Origin: Clostridium sp. CAG:567
GTDB taxonomy: Bacteria > Bacillota > Clostridia > TANB77 > CAG-508
Length of the DNA: 64,000 bases
Direction of reading: 5' to 3'
Assembly (NCBI GenBank): GCA_000437855.1
Contig: FR902206.1
Location: forward strand, 5,080-69,079
Below are positions 8,761-17,421 of the stretch, piece by piece. A model generated the notes under the pieces. The model made no database searches. It saw nothing but the letters and a program-made list of their open reading frames with translations, and was not told where the DNA came from. Both the position numbers and the translations under genes were made by a program. Within the stretch, counting starts at the first letter, position 1; each line of letters starts with the position of its first letter.

Positions 8761-8819
8761 CATATCATCTGCTTTTTTGTGTCTACTTTTTGTTGACAAC
8801 TTCACTCTTTAAGCTCTGT

Positions 8820-9905
8820 CTATTTTACTTGTTTTTTTCTACTACCAATTACCTTATCTATTGCCTCATTATTCTCTTCTGCTATTTTATACATTTCTTC
8901 AACAATTTTGTTCAAATTTTCAATAATACTTTTTGAATCATTCATTCTATAACTCTCTGTTTTAAATGTACGATGTTTGATTTCTGGAAATATATTTCTC
9001 GTTTTTCCTTCATTATGTATCGCAAAAATTATTTTAACATTATTTCCAATTATTCCATCTTCGTTCCACAAAATCTCATAATGTATACCACTATACTGTT
9101 CATTTGTCCAGCTCTTCTTCCAAATTTGAATACATTTCCATTTGTTATTAGTATATACCTCAAAATTTTCGCCAAATTTACGTTTAACTATTTCTTCCAG
9201 CTTTTCTGCTATTACTTCAGATTGCTTTTTATAATTTGAAATCATTGTATCTATTATTTTTTGATTATCAATATATACTTCCACATCTTCTGTTATTTCT
9301 AATTGTGCCTCATTCATTAAATATCCCTCCACATGTTTAATAAAATCTTCTATAAAGCAATAGTTTTCTTGTTCTTTTAAATCATATTTTGTAACGTTTT
9401 TCAGTATTTCTACTATTTGGCTATATGTAACATGTGCAAATTTTTCATTTACCATTATAGTAGGATTATATTTAGGTTTAATACAAATATACTTTATAGG
9501 TTTTATATTTCTTTCTAAATCTTTTTCATACTTAACTGATTGAATGTCATTTTCCATAGAATTTATCTTGTTTTCTATTACTATTACAAAAGTTGAAAAT
9601 TCAATCTTAATATCTATCCTACTTCTCTCTGAAATAGCCTCTTCCAGTTCTATGTTTTCAAAATATGTGTTTTCATTTTCTAATAATTCACAAAAATTCT
9701 TCTCATCCTCTGGAATTTTAGAAACATTTAGCAATTCTTTTATGATCTTTGTTGTAGTATTTTGCGGGTTTAATAGAAATGCTAAACATCTTGAAATTGT
9801 TACCTCATCAAACTTTTTATTGATAATACTTAAAAATGTATTTGGCATCTTTTTTATTCTAATTCTTTTAAGTTTTCTATCTATTTTTTCAAGTTCAGCT
9901 TTCAT
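8820..9905 (-). CDS. PD-(D/E)XK nuclease family protein (PDDEXK_4-like)
   Basis: N-terminal FLSIINKKFDEVTISRCLAFLLNP, then SRIDIKIEFSTFVIVIENKINSMENDIQSVKYEKDL (D...E-x-K core). Confidence 0.8.
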   Translation of the reverse strand: MKAELEKIDRKLKRIRIKKMPNTFLSIINKKFDEVTISRCLAFLLNPQNTTTKIIKELLNVSKIPEDEKNFCELLENENTYFENIELEEAISERSRIDIKIEFSTFVIVIENKINSMENDIQSVKYEKDLERNIKPIKYICIKPKYNPTIMVNEKFAHVTYSQIVEILKNVTKYDLKEQENYCFIEDFIKHVEGYLMNEAQLEITEDVEVYIDNQKIIDTMISNYKKQSEVIAEKLEEIVKRKFGENFEVYTNNKWKCIQIWKKSWTNEQYSGIHYEILWNEDGIIGNNVKIIFAIHNEGKTRNIFPEIKHRTFKTESYRMNDSKSIIENLNKIVEEMYKIAEENNEAIDKVIGSRKKQVK

Positions 9906-10051
9906 CTTTTTCCTTCCTTTTTTATGCTCCTATCTTTTCATCTCATATTCTATCATAATTTTCTAGTTTGTTCCACTTATTTTGTTAAAATTTTTATGAT
10001 ATAATATATCAAAATAATTTTTAACAAAATCTTATGCAAGGAGGTAATACA

Positions 10052-10525
10052 GTGAAAATAATAGAATATGAAGATAGATATGCTGAAGAAATATCAAAAA
10101 TTATTATACAAAACCTATTAGAAGTAAACTCAAAAGATTACGGCATTGAATTTGTTCAAAACTTTTCTAAAGAATTTACACCTGAAAAAATTCGAAAAGT
10201 TCTTCCTGAAAGAACAAAAGCCTTTGTAGCTTTAGAAAATCACAAAGTTGTTGGTACAGCTAGCATTGATAAATCATGGTATAACGATAATGGAGAGTAT
10301 TGGATACTGGCTGTATTTGTTGACACAGCTCACCACAAGCAAGGTATAGGTAAAATGTTAATTAATGAAATTGAAAAATTTGCTTTAACCATTCCTGCAA
10401 AAAAACTGGTAATTCCCGCCTCTATTACTGGATGTGAGTTTTATCACAAACTAGGATATGAGTATGCTAATAACAAAAAGGAATTAAATGAAGAACAAAT
10501 GTATATAATGGAAAAATATTTATAG
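10052..10525 (+). CDS. GNAT-family N-acetyltransferase
   Basis: VVGTASI..., acetyl-CoA motif HHKQGIGKMLINEIEKFA. GTG 10052 sits 7 nt after AGGAGG; the track start is 10034. Confidence 0.85.
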   Translation: MKIIEYEDRYAEEISKIIIQNLLEVNSKDYGIEFVQNFSKEFTPEKIRKVLPERTKAFVALENHKVVGTASIDKSWYNDNGEYWILAVFVDTAHHKQGIGKMLINEIEKFALTIPAKKLVIPASITGCEFYHKLGYEYANNKKELNEEQMYIMEKYL

Positions 10526-10531
10526 CAGATA

Positions 10532-10568
10532 AAAAGTAGATGAATTAATATTCTCATCTACTTTTTAT
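10532..10568. terminator. bidirectional terminator between convergent genes
   Basis: aaaagtagatga-(10 nt)-tcatctactttt, 12-bp stem flanked by A and T runs. Confidence 0.8.
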
Positions 10569-10586
10569 TATAAATTTAATATTCTA

Positions 10587-11568
10587 CTATAACTCAATTT
10601 CTCTTTCCGCAATTTTTCTCGCAAAATACCTATCATGTGAAACAAATAATATAGTTCCTGAATACGCCTTTAAGTTATCTTCAAGTATTTCTCTTGTTGA
10701 AATATCCAAATGATTAGTTGGCTCATCCAGTATTAAAAAATTGGTTTGCTTAATTACTAGTTCAGCAATTAAAAGTCTTACTCTTTCTCCTCCAGATAAT
10801 TCTTTCATCCTTTTAAAAACATTTTCCCCGTAAAACATATATCTAGCTAAAATTGTTCTTGCCTGTGTTTCACTGCCACCAAAATTTTTCAAGAAGTACT
10901 CTAATATTGTATCAGATTCATTTTGAAACTTTATTTCCTGAGGAATATATCCAATTTTTACTGATGGATTTATTTTTATTTCTCCACTAAAATCATTATC
11001 CTTGCCCAAAATTATTTTTATAAGTGTTGATTTTCCAGAGCCATTTTTGCCTTTTAATTGCACTTTTTCTCCTCCACTTAATGTGTTATATTCTTTCTTT
11101 AAAAAATCATCATCAAATTTAAATCCTGAACAAATCTTTTTAAATTTTTCTTCTAATTCATATCCTCCTAAAGCAATATATTTTTCTTGCAATCTTCCAT
11201 ATTTTTGAAGAACTCGCTCTAAATTTTGATTTGGATTTGCCATTTCGTTTTCTAATTCTCTTAGCCTGTTTTTCATGAGAGTAAATTATTTAAAGCTTTC
11301 TTTTAGGTAATTTCCAACTATTATATCTTCTTGTTCTTTTTCATATATTTGCTTTAAGTACCCTATAGTAGCACCTTTTCTTATATTTACATTGCCGAGT
11401 ATCTTGTTTTTCATCACCACTAATTATTTTTAAAATAGTTGATTTTCCAGAGTCGTTTTCTCCGATTAGTGAAATTCTTTCTCCTGTCTTTACTTCAAAG
11501 CTTACTCCATCTAAAACGTTTTTCAAACCAAAATTCTTTTTTACATTATTTAATTCTATTTCTATCAT
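10587..11568 (-). pseudogene. ABC-F (ARE-type) ATPase, decayed
   Basis: NBD1 Walker [10 protein letters not shown] is present, then a frameshift near 11405 (the other frame gives [17 protein letters not shown]) and a stop near 11290. An internal deletion fuses the NBD1 signature to the NBD2 Walker A (LSGGEKVQLKGKNGSGKST). The NBD2 tail is intact (LSGGERVRL..ILDEPTNHLD..VSHDRYF). Confidence 0.85.
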
Positions 11569-11595
11569 CTTTTATATCTCCTTATCTTTTAATTC

Positions 11596-11668
11596 TTAAA
11601 AATAACGAGATATATTTGCTATAACTTTTAACTATTACAACCTATAGCAATTATCTCGTTGTAATAGC
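11596..11668 (-). promoter_or_regulatory. attenuator-like alternative hairpins between the leader ORF and the ABC-F start
   Basis: Perfect complementarity: 11632-11641 with 11659-11668 (10 bp), 11604-11612 with 11652-11660 (9 bp), and 11616-11623 with 11643-11650 (8 bp). On the mRNA the long helix is followed by AUUUUUAA. Confidence 0.5.
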
Positions 11669-11725
11669 TACACAGCCGAAGCTTCTGTTTTTTATTTTGT
11701 TCATAAAATTTTGTTTTTTATTCAT
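11651..11725 (-). CDS. 24-codon leader peptide upstream of ABC-F
   Basis: TAGGAGGAAAATT-ATG; MNKKQNFMNKIKNRSFGCVAITTR*. Its 3' codons overlap the first attenuator strand. Confidence 0.5.
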   Translation of the reverse strand: MNKKQNFMNKIKNRSFGCVAITTR

Positions 11726-11740
11726 AATTTTCCTCCTATA

Positions 11741-11775
11741 ATAATAACTCCTAGCTAATCTCTAGGAGTTATTAT
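11741..11775 (-). terminator. 14-bp perfect hairpin immediately downstream (minus sense) of the tRNA fragment
   Basis: ataataactcctag-ctaatct-ctaggagttattat. Confidence 0.55.
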
Positions 11776-11934
11776 CTTACTTTGGTTGCGGGGGGATAGA
11801 CTCGAACTATCGACCTTCGGGTTATGAGAACTCTCCGAGTCGTTTTGGTCTTTTATTGAAATTTGTAGTTTATCCTTATATTTCAATGGTTTTGTGAGTT
11901 TTTCATTTTTTTCTTTTTCTACTTTTTTACCCAT
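11755..11934 (-). CDS. doubtful small ORF running into the tRNA fragment
   Basis: Strong RBS (AAGGAGGG, 8 nt) before ATG 11934; MGKKVEKEKNEKLTKPLKYKDKLQISIKDQNDSE.... The last ~25 codons are simply the tRNA fragment read as protein. Confidence 0.3.
   Translation of the reverse strand: MGKKVEKEKNEKLTKPLKYKDKLQISIKDQNDSESSHNPKVDSSSLSPRNQSKIITPRD
11783..11831 (-). other. second tRNA-fMet-like 3' half, not part of a complete tRNA
   Basis: The reverse complement reads GTTCTCATAACCCGAAGGTC-GATAG-TTCGAGT-CTATC-CCCCCGCAACCA. It closely resembles the bacterial initiator tRNA 3' half (..CTCATAACCCGAAGGTCG....CCCCGCAACCA). No 5' half is present. Confidence 0.7.
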
Positions 11935-12263
11935 AGAAAAATCCCTCCTTGATATTTTATATTTTATCACGGAAGGATTTATTTACACAATTTTTTCTAT
12001 ACTCTCAATACGACAATATTGTAAATGATGTAATAGGAACAAGACAAATGATTCTTATAGGAAAATGTTCAACGGCTGAAAATACATCAAGTTCTGAAAT
12101 TAGAGATACTGACACTGCAGGTGAAATATAAAAAAGTTAATAGATAAAAATAGAAGCCTACAAAATTGTTTGTAGACTTTTCACATGTAAATCATCTATT
12201 GAAAAACTCAAATATTTAATATATAATAAACATGCAAAAAACATCGAAAAAAGGAGTGAAAAA

Positions 12264-15200
12264 GTGGCAGAAGTTAAATGGACTAATGAACAATTACAAG
12301 CAATACAAGAAAAAAATTCAAACATATTAGTAGCTGCTGCAGCAGGTAGTGGTAAAACTGCTGTACTTGTAGAACGTATTATTCACAAAATAATTGATGA
12401 GCAAATGGATATTGACAAAATATTAGTTGTAACATTTACAAATGCAGCAGCTAGTGAAATGCGTGAAAGAATACTAGAAGCAATATACAAAAAGTTAGAA
12501 GAAAATCCTGAAAATGTTCATTTACAAAGACAAATAATACTTTTAAATAAAGCAAGTATATGCACAATACACTCTTTTTGCTTAGACGTTATTCATAATC
12601 ATTTTTATGAAATTGATTTACCAAGCAATTTTAAAATTGCAGATACAGCTGAAATAGATCTTCTTAAACAAGAAGTATTAGATGATTTATTTGAGCAAAA
12701 ATATACTGAAAATGATAAAAATTTTATAGAACTTTTAGAAAATTATACAAATTATCGTGGAGATGAAGCTTTACAAGAATTAGTATTAAAAATATATAAA
12801 TTTATACAAAGTAGTCCATTTCCAATAAAATGGTTACAAGAAAAATTAGAATTATTAAAAATAGAAGATAAAGACATATCTCAAACAATATGGGGAAAAC
12901 TTATAATTCAAACAGTAGACGATGATATACAAGAGAGTATTATGCAACTTGAAGTTACTAAATCTAAAATGGCGTTATATCCTGAAATGACTAAATTTTA
13001 TCAAACAATAAGTGAAGATATAATAAACCTTCAAGATTTGCAAAAATATAATTCTTGGGATGAATTATATATAAAATTATTAAATTTTAACTTTAGTAAA
13101 TGGCCAGTTGACAAAAAAGTAATAAATGACTTAAAAGAAGATTCAAAAGAAATAAGAGACAAAGTAAAAAAACATATTAAAGAAAAAACTGCAAAGCTAT
13201 TAAGCTGTTCACAAGAACAAGCCGTAAAAGACTTGAAAATTATTACTCCAATACTAGAGAAACTTTCAAATTTGGTAACAGAGTTTACAAAAAACTTTGC
13301 AGAAAAAAAGAAAGAAAAAAATTGCATTGATTTTAATGATATTGAACACTTTGCATTAAAAATATTATTAGATGAAAATAATAACCCAACAGAAGTTGCA
13401 AAAAAATATAAAGAAAAATTTGAAGAAATTGCAATTGACGAATATCAAGATAGTAACTTGGTACAAGAAGCTATATTAACAAGCATTTCCAAAGGTAACA
13501 ACATTTTTATGGTAGGAGATGTTAAACAAAGTATATATAAATTTAGACAAGCAAGGCCAGAGCTATTTTTACAAAAATATGATGAATACAAAAATAAAGA
13601 AGAAAAGGCACAAGAAGATAATTTGAAAATACAGCTATTTCGCAATTTTAGAAGTAGGCAAAACATATTAAATATTACTAACTTAGTATTTGAATCAATA
13701 ATGAGCAAAGAACTAGGAGATATAAATTACAACGAAAACGAATACTTAAACTATGGAGCAAATTACCCGGAACCAGAAGAAATAAAAAATTATGCAGGTA
13801 TTGCTGAGTTAGATATTATAGATTTAAAAGAAGATGAATCAATTACAGCTTTTGAAGGTGAAGAAGACGAAGAGGAACAAGAAAGAGTTGAAGATGATGT
13901 ATTAGAGGCTAAGTTTGTAGCAAACAAAATACAAGAATTATTAAATAGTAATTATATGGTATTTGACAAGAAACAAGGCTATAGAAAAATTAGACCAAAA
14001 GATATTGTAATTTTACTAAGAGCAACATCGAATTTATCTCCAATATATGAAAAAGAACTATCTGATTTGGAATTACCAGTATTTAGTGATACATCAGGAA
14101 CTTATTTAGATACAGTAGAAATACAAACAATATTATCAGTACTAAAAATTATTGATAACCCATTACAAGATATTCCACTTGTAGTAGTATTAAGGTCATC
14201 AATTTGCAATTTTACAGATAATGATTTAATTACAATAAGATTAACAGATAGAAATTGTAATTTTTATGAGGCTTTAATAAAAACAAGGCTAATATGTGAT
14301 GGAGATTTAAAAAACAAAATAGAAAGCTTTTTAGAAAAACTTGAAAAGTGGAAAAGTATATCACAATATATGCCTTTAGATGAATTTATATGGCAAATAT
14401 ATTTAGATACAGGATATTACCAATATGTCGGACTACTTCCAAATGGAGCAATGAGACAAGCAAACCTTAAAACATTATTTGAAAAAGCTAAACAATATGA
14501 AAAAGCAAGTTTTAAAGGGTTATTCAATTTTATACAATTTATAGATAAACTAAAAAAACAGAATGGAGATTTAGCTTCAGCAAAACTTATTGGAGAAAAT
14601 GAAGATGTAATTAGAATCATGAGTATTCATAAAAGTAAAGGATTAGAATTTCCAGTTGTGTTTTTGTGCAACTCTCATAAAAAGTTTAATATGCAAGATT
14701 TAAATGACAATATTTTATTACATCAAGATATTGGCTTTGGTCCAACAATTATGGATACAACTAGAAAAATTAAGTATTCTAGCATAGCAAAAGATGCAAT
14801 TAAATTAAAAATGAAACAGGAAACACTTTCAGAAGAACAAAGAATTTTGTATGTTGCATTAACAAGAGCAAAGGAAAAACTATATATTACAGGAAGAAGC
14901 AAAGATTTTACTAAATATGTACAAGATAAAAATAAAGTACTTGAAATGTATGAAAGTGAAAACATAAAACTAGATGCTAAACTTATGAAAAAAGCCAATT
15001 CATACTTAGACTGGCTTATGTATGTGTATTTGTTTAATCAAGGAAGAACGATTACACTAAAAGGAGAATCATACAAATTAAGTGATATTATAACTTTAAA
15101 TGTTAGTAATAAAAAAGACTTGTTAAAAGCTTTAGCAAAAGAAGAAGTAGTTGAGCAAATTGATTTAAAAGAAAAGATAGAACAAATATTAAAAAATAAA

Positions 15201-15947
15201 TCAGATGAAGAAAATAAAAAATCTGAACAAGCATTAAAAGAATTACTAGAATGGAAATATGACTATATTGTAGACACAACACTTCCTACTAAATCATCTG
15301 TTACAAAAATTAAGCAAGAAAAAATCAAATTAGAAGAAATACTAAAAGGAATAGAAAGTGAAGAAGTAGAATACAAAAAATCATATACACCCAAATTCAT
15401 GCAAGAAGATAAGAAAATATCAAGTGCAGAAAAAGGTACTTTAGTACACTTATGTATCCAAAGATTAGATGAAAGAAAAGACTATGAGTTAAAAGATATT
15501 CAAAACATGATACTTAACTTAGTTGAAAAAGAAATAATTACACAAAATGAAGCAGATGCAATTGATGTAAATTTAATTTATCAATATACAAAATCACAAT
15601 TATTTGAAGAATTAAGGAAAGCAAAAGAAGTACATAAAGAGCAACCATTTTATATAAACATACCTGCAAAAGATGTTGTAAGTGAAGCGGAAAATTCAAA
15701 GAAAAACATTTTAGTACAAGGTATTATAGACTTATATTATATTGATAAAAACGATAATTTAGTGTTAATTGATTTTAAAACAGATTACATTTCAAATGAA
15801 CCAAATGCAAAAGAAAAAATACTTGATAAATATAAAGTACAATTAGAAATATACAAAACAGCACTAGAGCAGGCATTAAATAGAAAAACAAGTAAGACTG
15901 CTTTATGCTTAGTTAAAAGTGAGTATGAAGAAGTTGTACTTGAATAA
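12264..15947 (+). CDS. addA: helicase-exonuclease AddAB, subunit A
   Basis: WTNEQLQAIQ..ILVAAAAGSGKTAVLVERII (UvrD-type helicase motifs). C-terminal RecB nuclease motif GIIDLYYIDKNDNLVLIDFKTDY. GTG start 7 nt after AAGGAG. Confidence 0.95.
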   Translation: MAEVKWTNEQLQAIQEKNSNILVAAAAGSGKTAVLVERIIHKIIDEQMDIDKILVVTFTNAAASEMRERILEAIYKKLEENPENVHLQRQIILLNKASICTIHSFCLDVIHNHFYEIDLPSNFKIADTAEIDLLKQEVLDDLFEQKYTENDKNFIELLENYTNYRGDEALQELVLKIYKFIQSSPFPIKWLQEKLELLKIEDKDISQTIWGKLIIQTVDDDIQESIMQLEVTKSKMALYPEMTKFYQTISEDIINLQDLQKYNSWDELYIKLLNFNFSKWPVDKKVINDLKEDSKEIRDKVKKHIKEKTAKLLSCSQEQAVKDLKIITPILEKLSNLVTEFTKNFAEKKKEKNCIDFNDIEHFALKILLDENNNPTEVAKKYKEKFEEIAIDEYQDSNLVQEAILTSISKGNNIFMVGDVKQSIYKFRQARPELFLQKYDEYKNKEEKAQEDNLKIQLFRNFRSRQNILNITNLVFESIMSKELGDINYNENEYLNYGANYPEPEEIKNYAGIAELDIIDLKEDESITAFEGEEDEEEQERVEDDVLEAKFVANKIQELLNSNYMVFDKKQGYRKIRPKDIVILLRATSNLSPIYEKELSDLELPVFSDTSGTYLDTVEIQTILSVLKIIDNPLQDIPLVVVLRSSICNFTDNDLITIRLTDRNCNFYEALIKTRLICDGDLKNKIESFLEKLEKWKSISQYMPLDEFIWQIYLDTGYYQYVGLLPNGAMRQANLKTLFEKAKQYEKASFKGLFNFIQFIDKLKKQNGDLASAKLIGENEDVIRIMSIHKSKGLEFPVVFLCNSHKKFNMQDLNDNILLHQDIGFGPTIMDTTRKIKYSSIAKDAIKLKMKQETLSEEQRILYVALTRAKEKLYITGRSKDFTKYVQDKNKVLEMYESENIKLDAKLMKKANSYLDWLMYVYLFNQGRTITLKGESYKLSDIITLNVSNKKDLLKALAKEEVVEQIDLKEKIEQILKNKSDEENKKSEQALKELLEWKYDYIVDTTLPTKSSVTKIKQEKIKLEEILKGIESEEVEYKKSYTPKFMQEDKKISSAEKGTLVHLCIQRLDERKDYELKDIQNMILNLVEKEIITQNEADAIDVNLIYQYTKSQLFEELRKAKEVHKEQPFYINIPAKDVVSEAENSKKNILVQGIIDLYYIDKNDNLVLIDFKTDYISNEPNAKEKILDKYKVQLEIYKTALEQALNRKTSKTALCLVKSEYEEVVLE

Positions 15948-15971
15948 TTATTATATAAGGAGAATATTTTT

Positions 15972-17420
15972 ATGAGTGAAAAATATGATGTAATAGCAGT
16001 TGGAATGGGACCAAGTTCAATATTTATGGCTTATGAATTAATAAAATTAAAAAAAGCACATAAAGTTTTATTAATTGAGCAAGGAAAAAAAGTAGAAGAT
16101 AGGTATTGTCCAATAGAAAAAACAGGAAATTGTATTAAATGCAAACCATTCTGTAATATTACTAGTGGATTTTCTGGAGCTGGAGCGTTTTCAGATGGAA
16201 AATTATCTTTATATAATAAAGAAGATGATGACATATATATTGGTGGAATTTTACATGAATATATTGGAGTAGAAGAAACAAAAAGATTAATAGATTATAC
16301 AGATAAAATATATTTAGACTTTGGTGCAGATACTAAACTTGAAGGAACAGAACACCAAGAAGAAATAAAAAAGATTTCAGATAAAGCAAAAAAAGAAGGG
16401 ATAAACCTTATAAATATTCCTATACGACATTTAGGAACAGAAAAAGCACATGAATTATATAAAAGATTAGAAGATTATTTATCAGAACATCACATTGAAA
16501 TGAAATATCAAACAATAGTTGAAGATTTAATTATTGAAAAAGGAAAAATAAAAGGCGTTAGAATAAAGCCAGCTAAAGAATTAAACAACGAGGATGCTGA
16601 ACTTGAAGAAATATATGCAGATAATGTAGTTATTGCAGTTGGAAGAAAAGGTGCTAACTGGCTGGTAAATATGTGTGAAAAGCATAATATAAAAACTAAG
16701 TCTGGAATTGTAGATATAGGGGTTAGATATGAATTACCAGATAGAATAATGAAGGACATAAATACTTACATGTATGAAGGAAAGTTCATAGGAAAACCAG
16801 AACCTTTTAAAGACAAAGTAAGAACATTTTGCCAAAATCCAAGTGGATTTGTTGCATCAGAAGTATACGATAATAACCTAAGCTTAGTAAATGGACATTC
16901 ATATAAAGAAAGAAAAAGTACAAATACAAACTTGGCTATTCTTGTTTCACATCATTTTACATATCCATTTAATAAACCAATTGATTATGGAAGAAATGTT
17001 GCAAAAAATTTAAATGAATTAGGTGCAGGCAACATACTAGTACAAAGATTGGGAGATATTTATAGAGGAAAAAGAACTTGGGAACAAGAATTAAAACAAA
17101 ATACTGTTATTCCAACTTTAAAATCAGCAGTACCAGGAGATATTACTTATGCAATTGGCTATAGAACAATGACAGATATTTTAAATTTTATACGTAGTAT
17201 GGATAAAGTTGTTGAAGGATTTGCTGATCCAGATAATTTACTATATGCACCAGAAATAAAATTTTATAGTAACCAAGTTGTAATAGATAACAATTTTGAA
17301 TCAAACATAAAAGGATTATACTCAATAGGAGATGGAGGAGGAATGACAAGAGGACTAATGATGGCATCTGCTTCTGGAGTACAAATGGCCAGAATATTAG
17401 CACAAAAAGGAGAAAAATAA
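15972..17420 (+). CDS. FAD-dependent oxidoreductase (COG2509-like)
   Basis: N-terminal dinucleotide-binding YDVIAVGMGPSSIFMAYEL..LLIEQG and C-terminal GDGGGMTRGLMMASASG. Confidence 0.8.
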   Translation: MSEKYDVIAVGMGPSSIFMAYELIKLKKAHKVLLIEQGKKVEDRYCPIEKTGNCIKCKPFCNITSGFSGAGAFSDGKLSLYNKEDDDIYIGGILHEYIGVEETKRLIDYTDKIYLDFGADTKLEGTEHQEEIKKISDKAKKEGINLINIPIRHLGTEKAHELYKRLEDYLSEHHIEMKYQTIVEDLIIEKGKIKGVRIKPAKELNNEDAELEEIYADNVVIAVGRKGANWLVNMCEKHNIKTKSGIVDIGVRYELPDRIMKDINTYMYEGKFIGKPEPFKDKVRTFCQNPSGFVASEVYDNNLSLVNGHSYKERKSTNTNLAILVSHHFTYPFNKPIDYGRNVAKNLNELGAGNILVQRLGDIYRGKRTWEQELKQNTVIPTLKSAVPGDITYAIGYRTMTDILNFIRSMDKVVEGFADPDNLLYAPEIKFYSNQVVIDNNFESNIKGLYSIGDGGGMTRGLMMASASGVQMARILAQKGEK

Positions 17421-17421
17421 A

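Noticed and set aside
8523-8768. The 81-aa ORF on the minus strand from the ORF track.
   Set aside because: It is antisense to a better-supported + strand small gene (promoter, RBS, hairpin). Its sequence is Leu/Phe/Cys-rich shadow-frame composition with no RBS.
11949-12131. The 60-aa + strand ORF upstream of addA, considered as an addB remnant or a leader peptide.
   Set aside because: I can see no similarity to the AddB C-terminus (no Fe-S cysteine cluster pattern) and no RBS. It is left unannotated, although the GC-richer patch and hairpin are noted under the addA finding.
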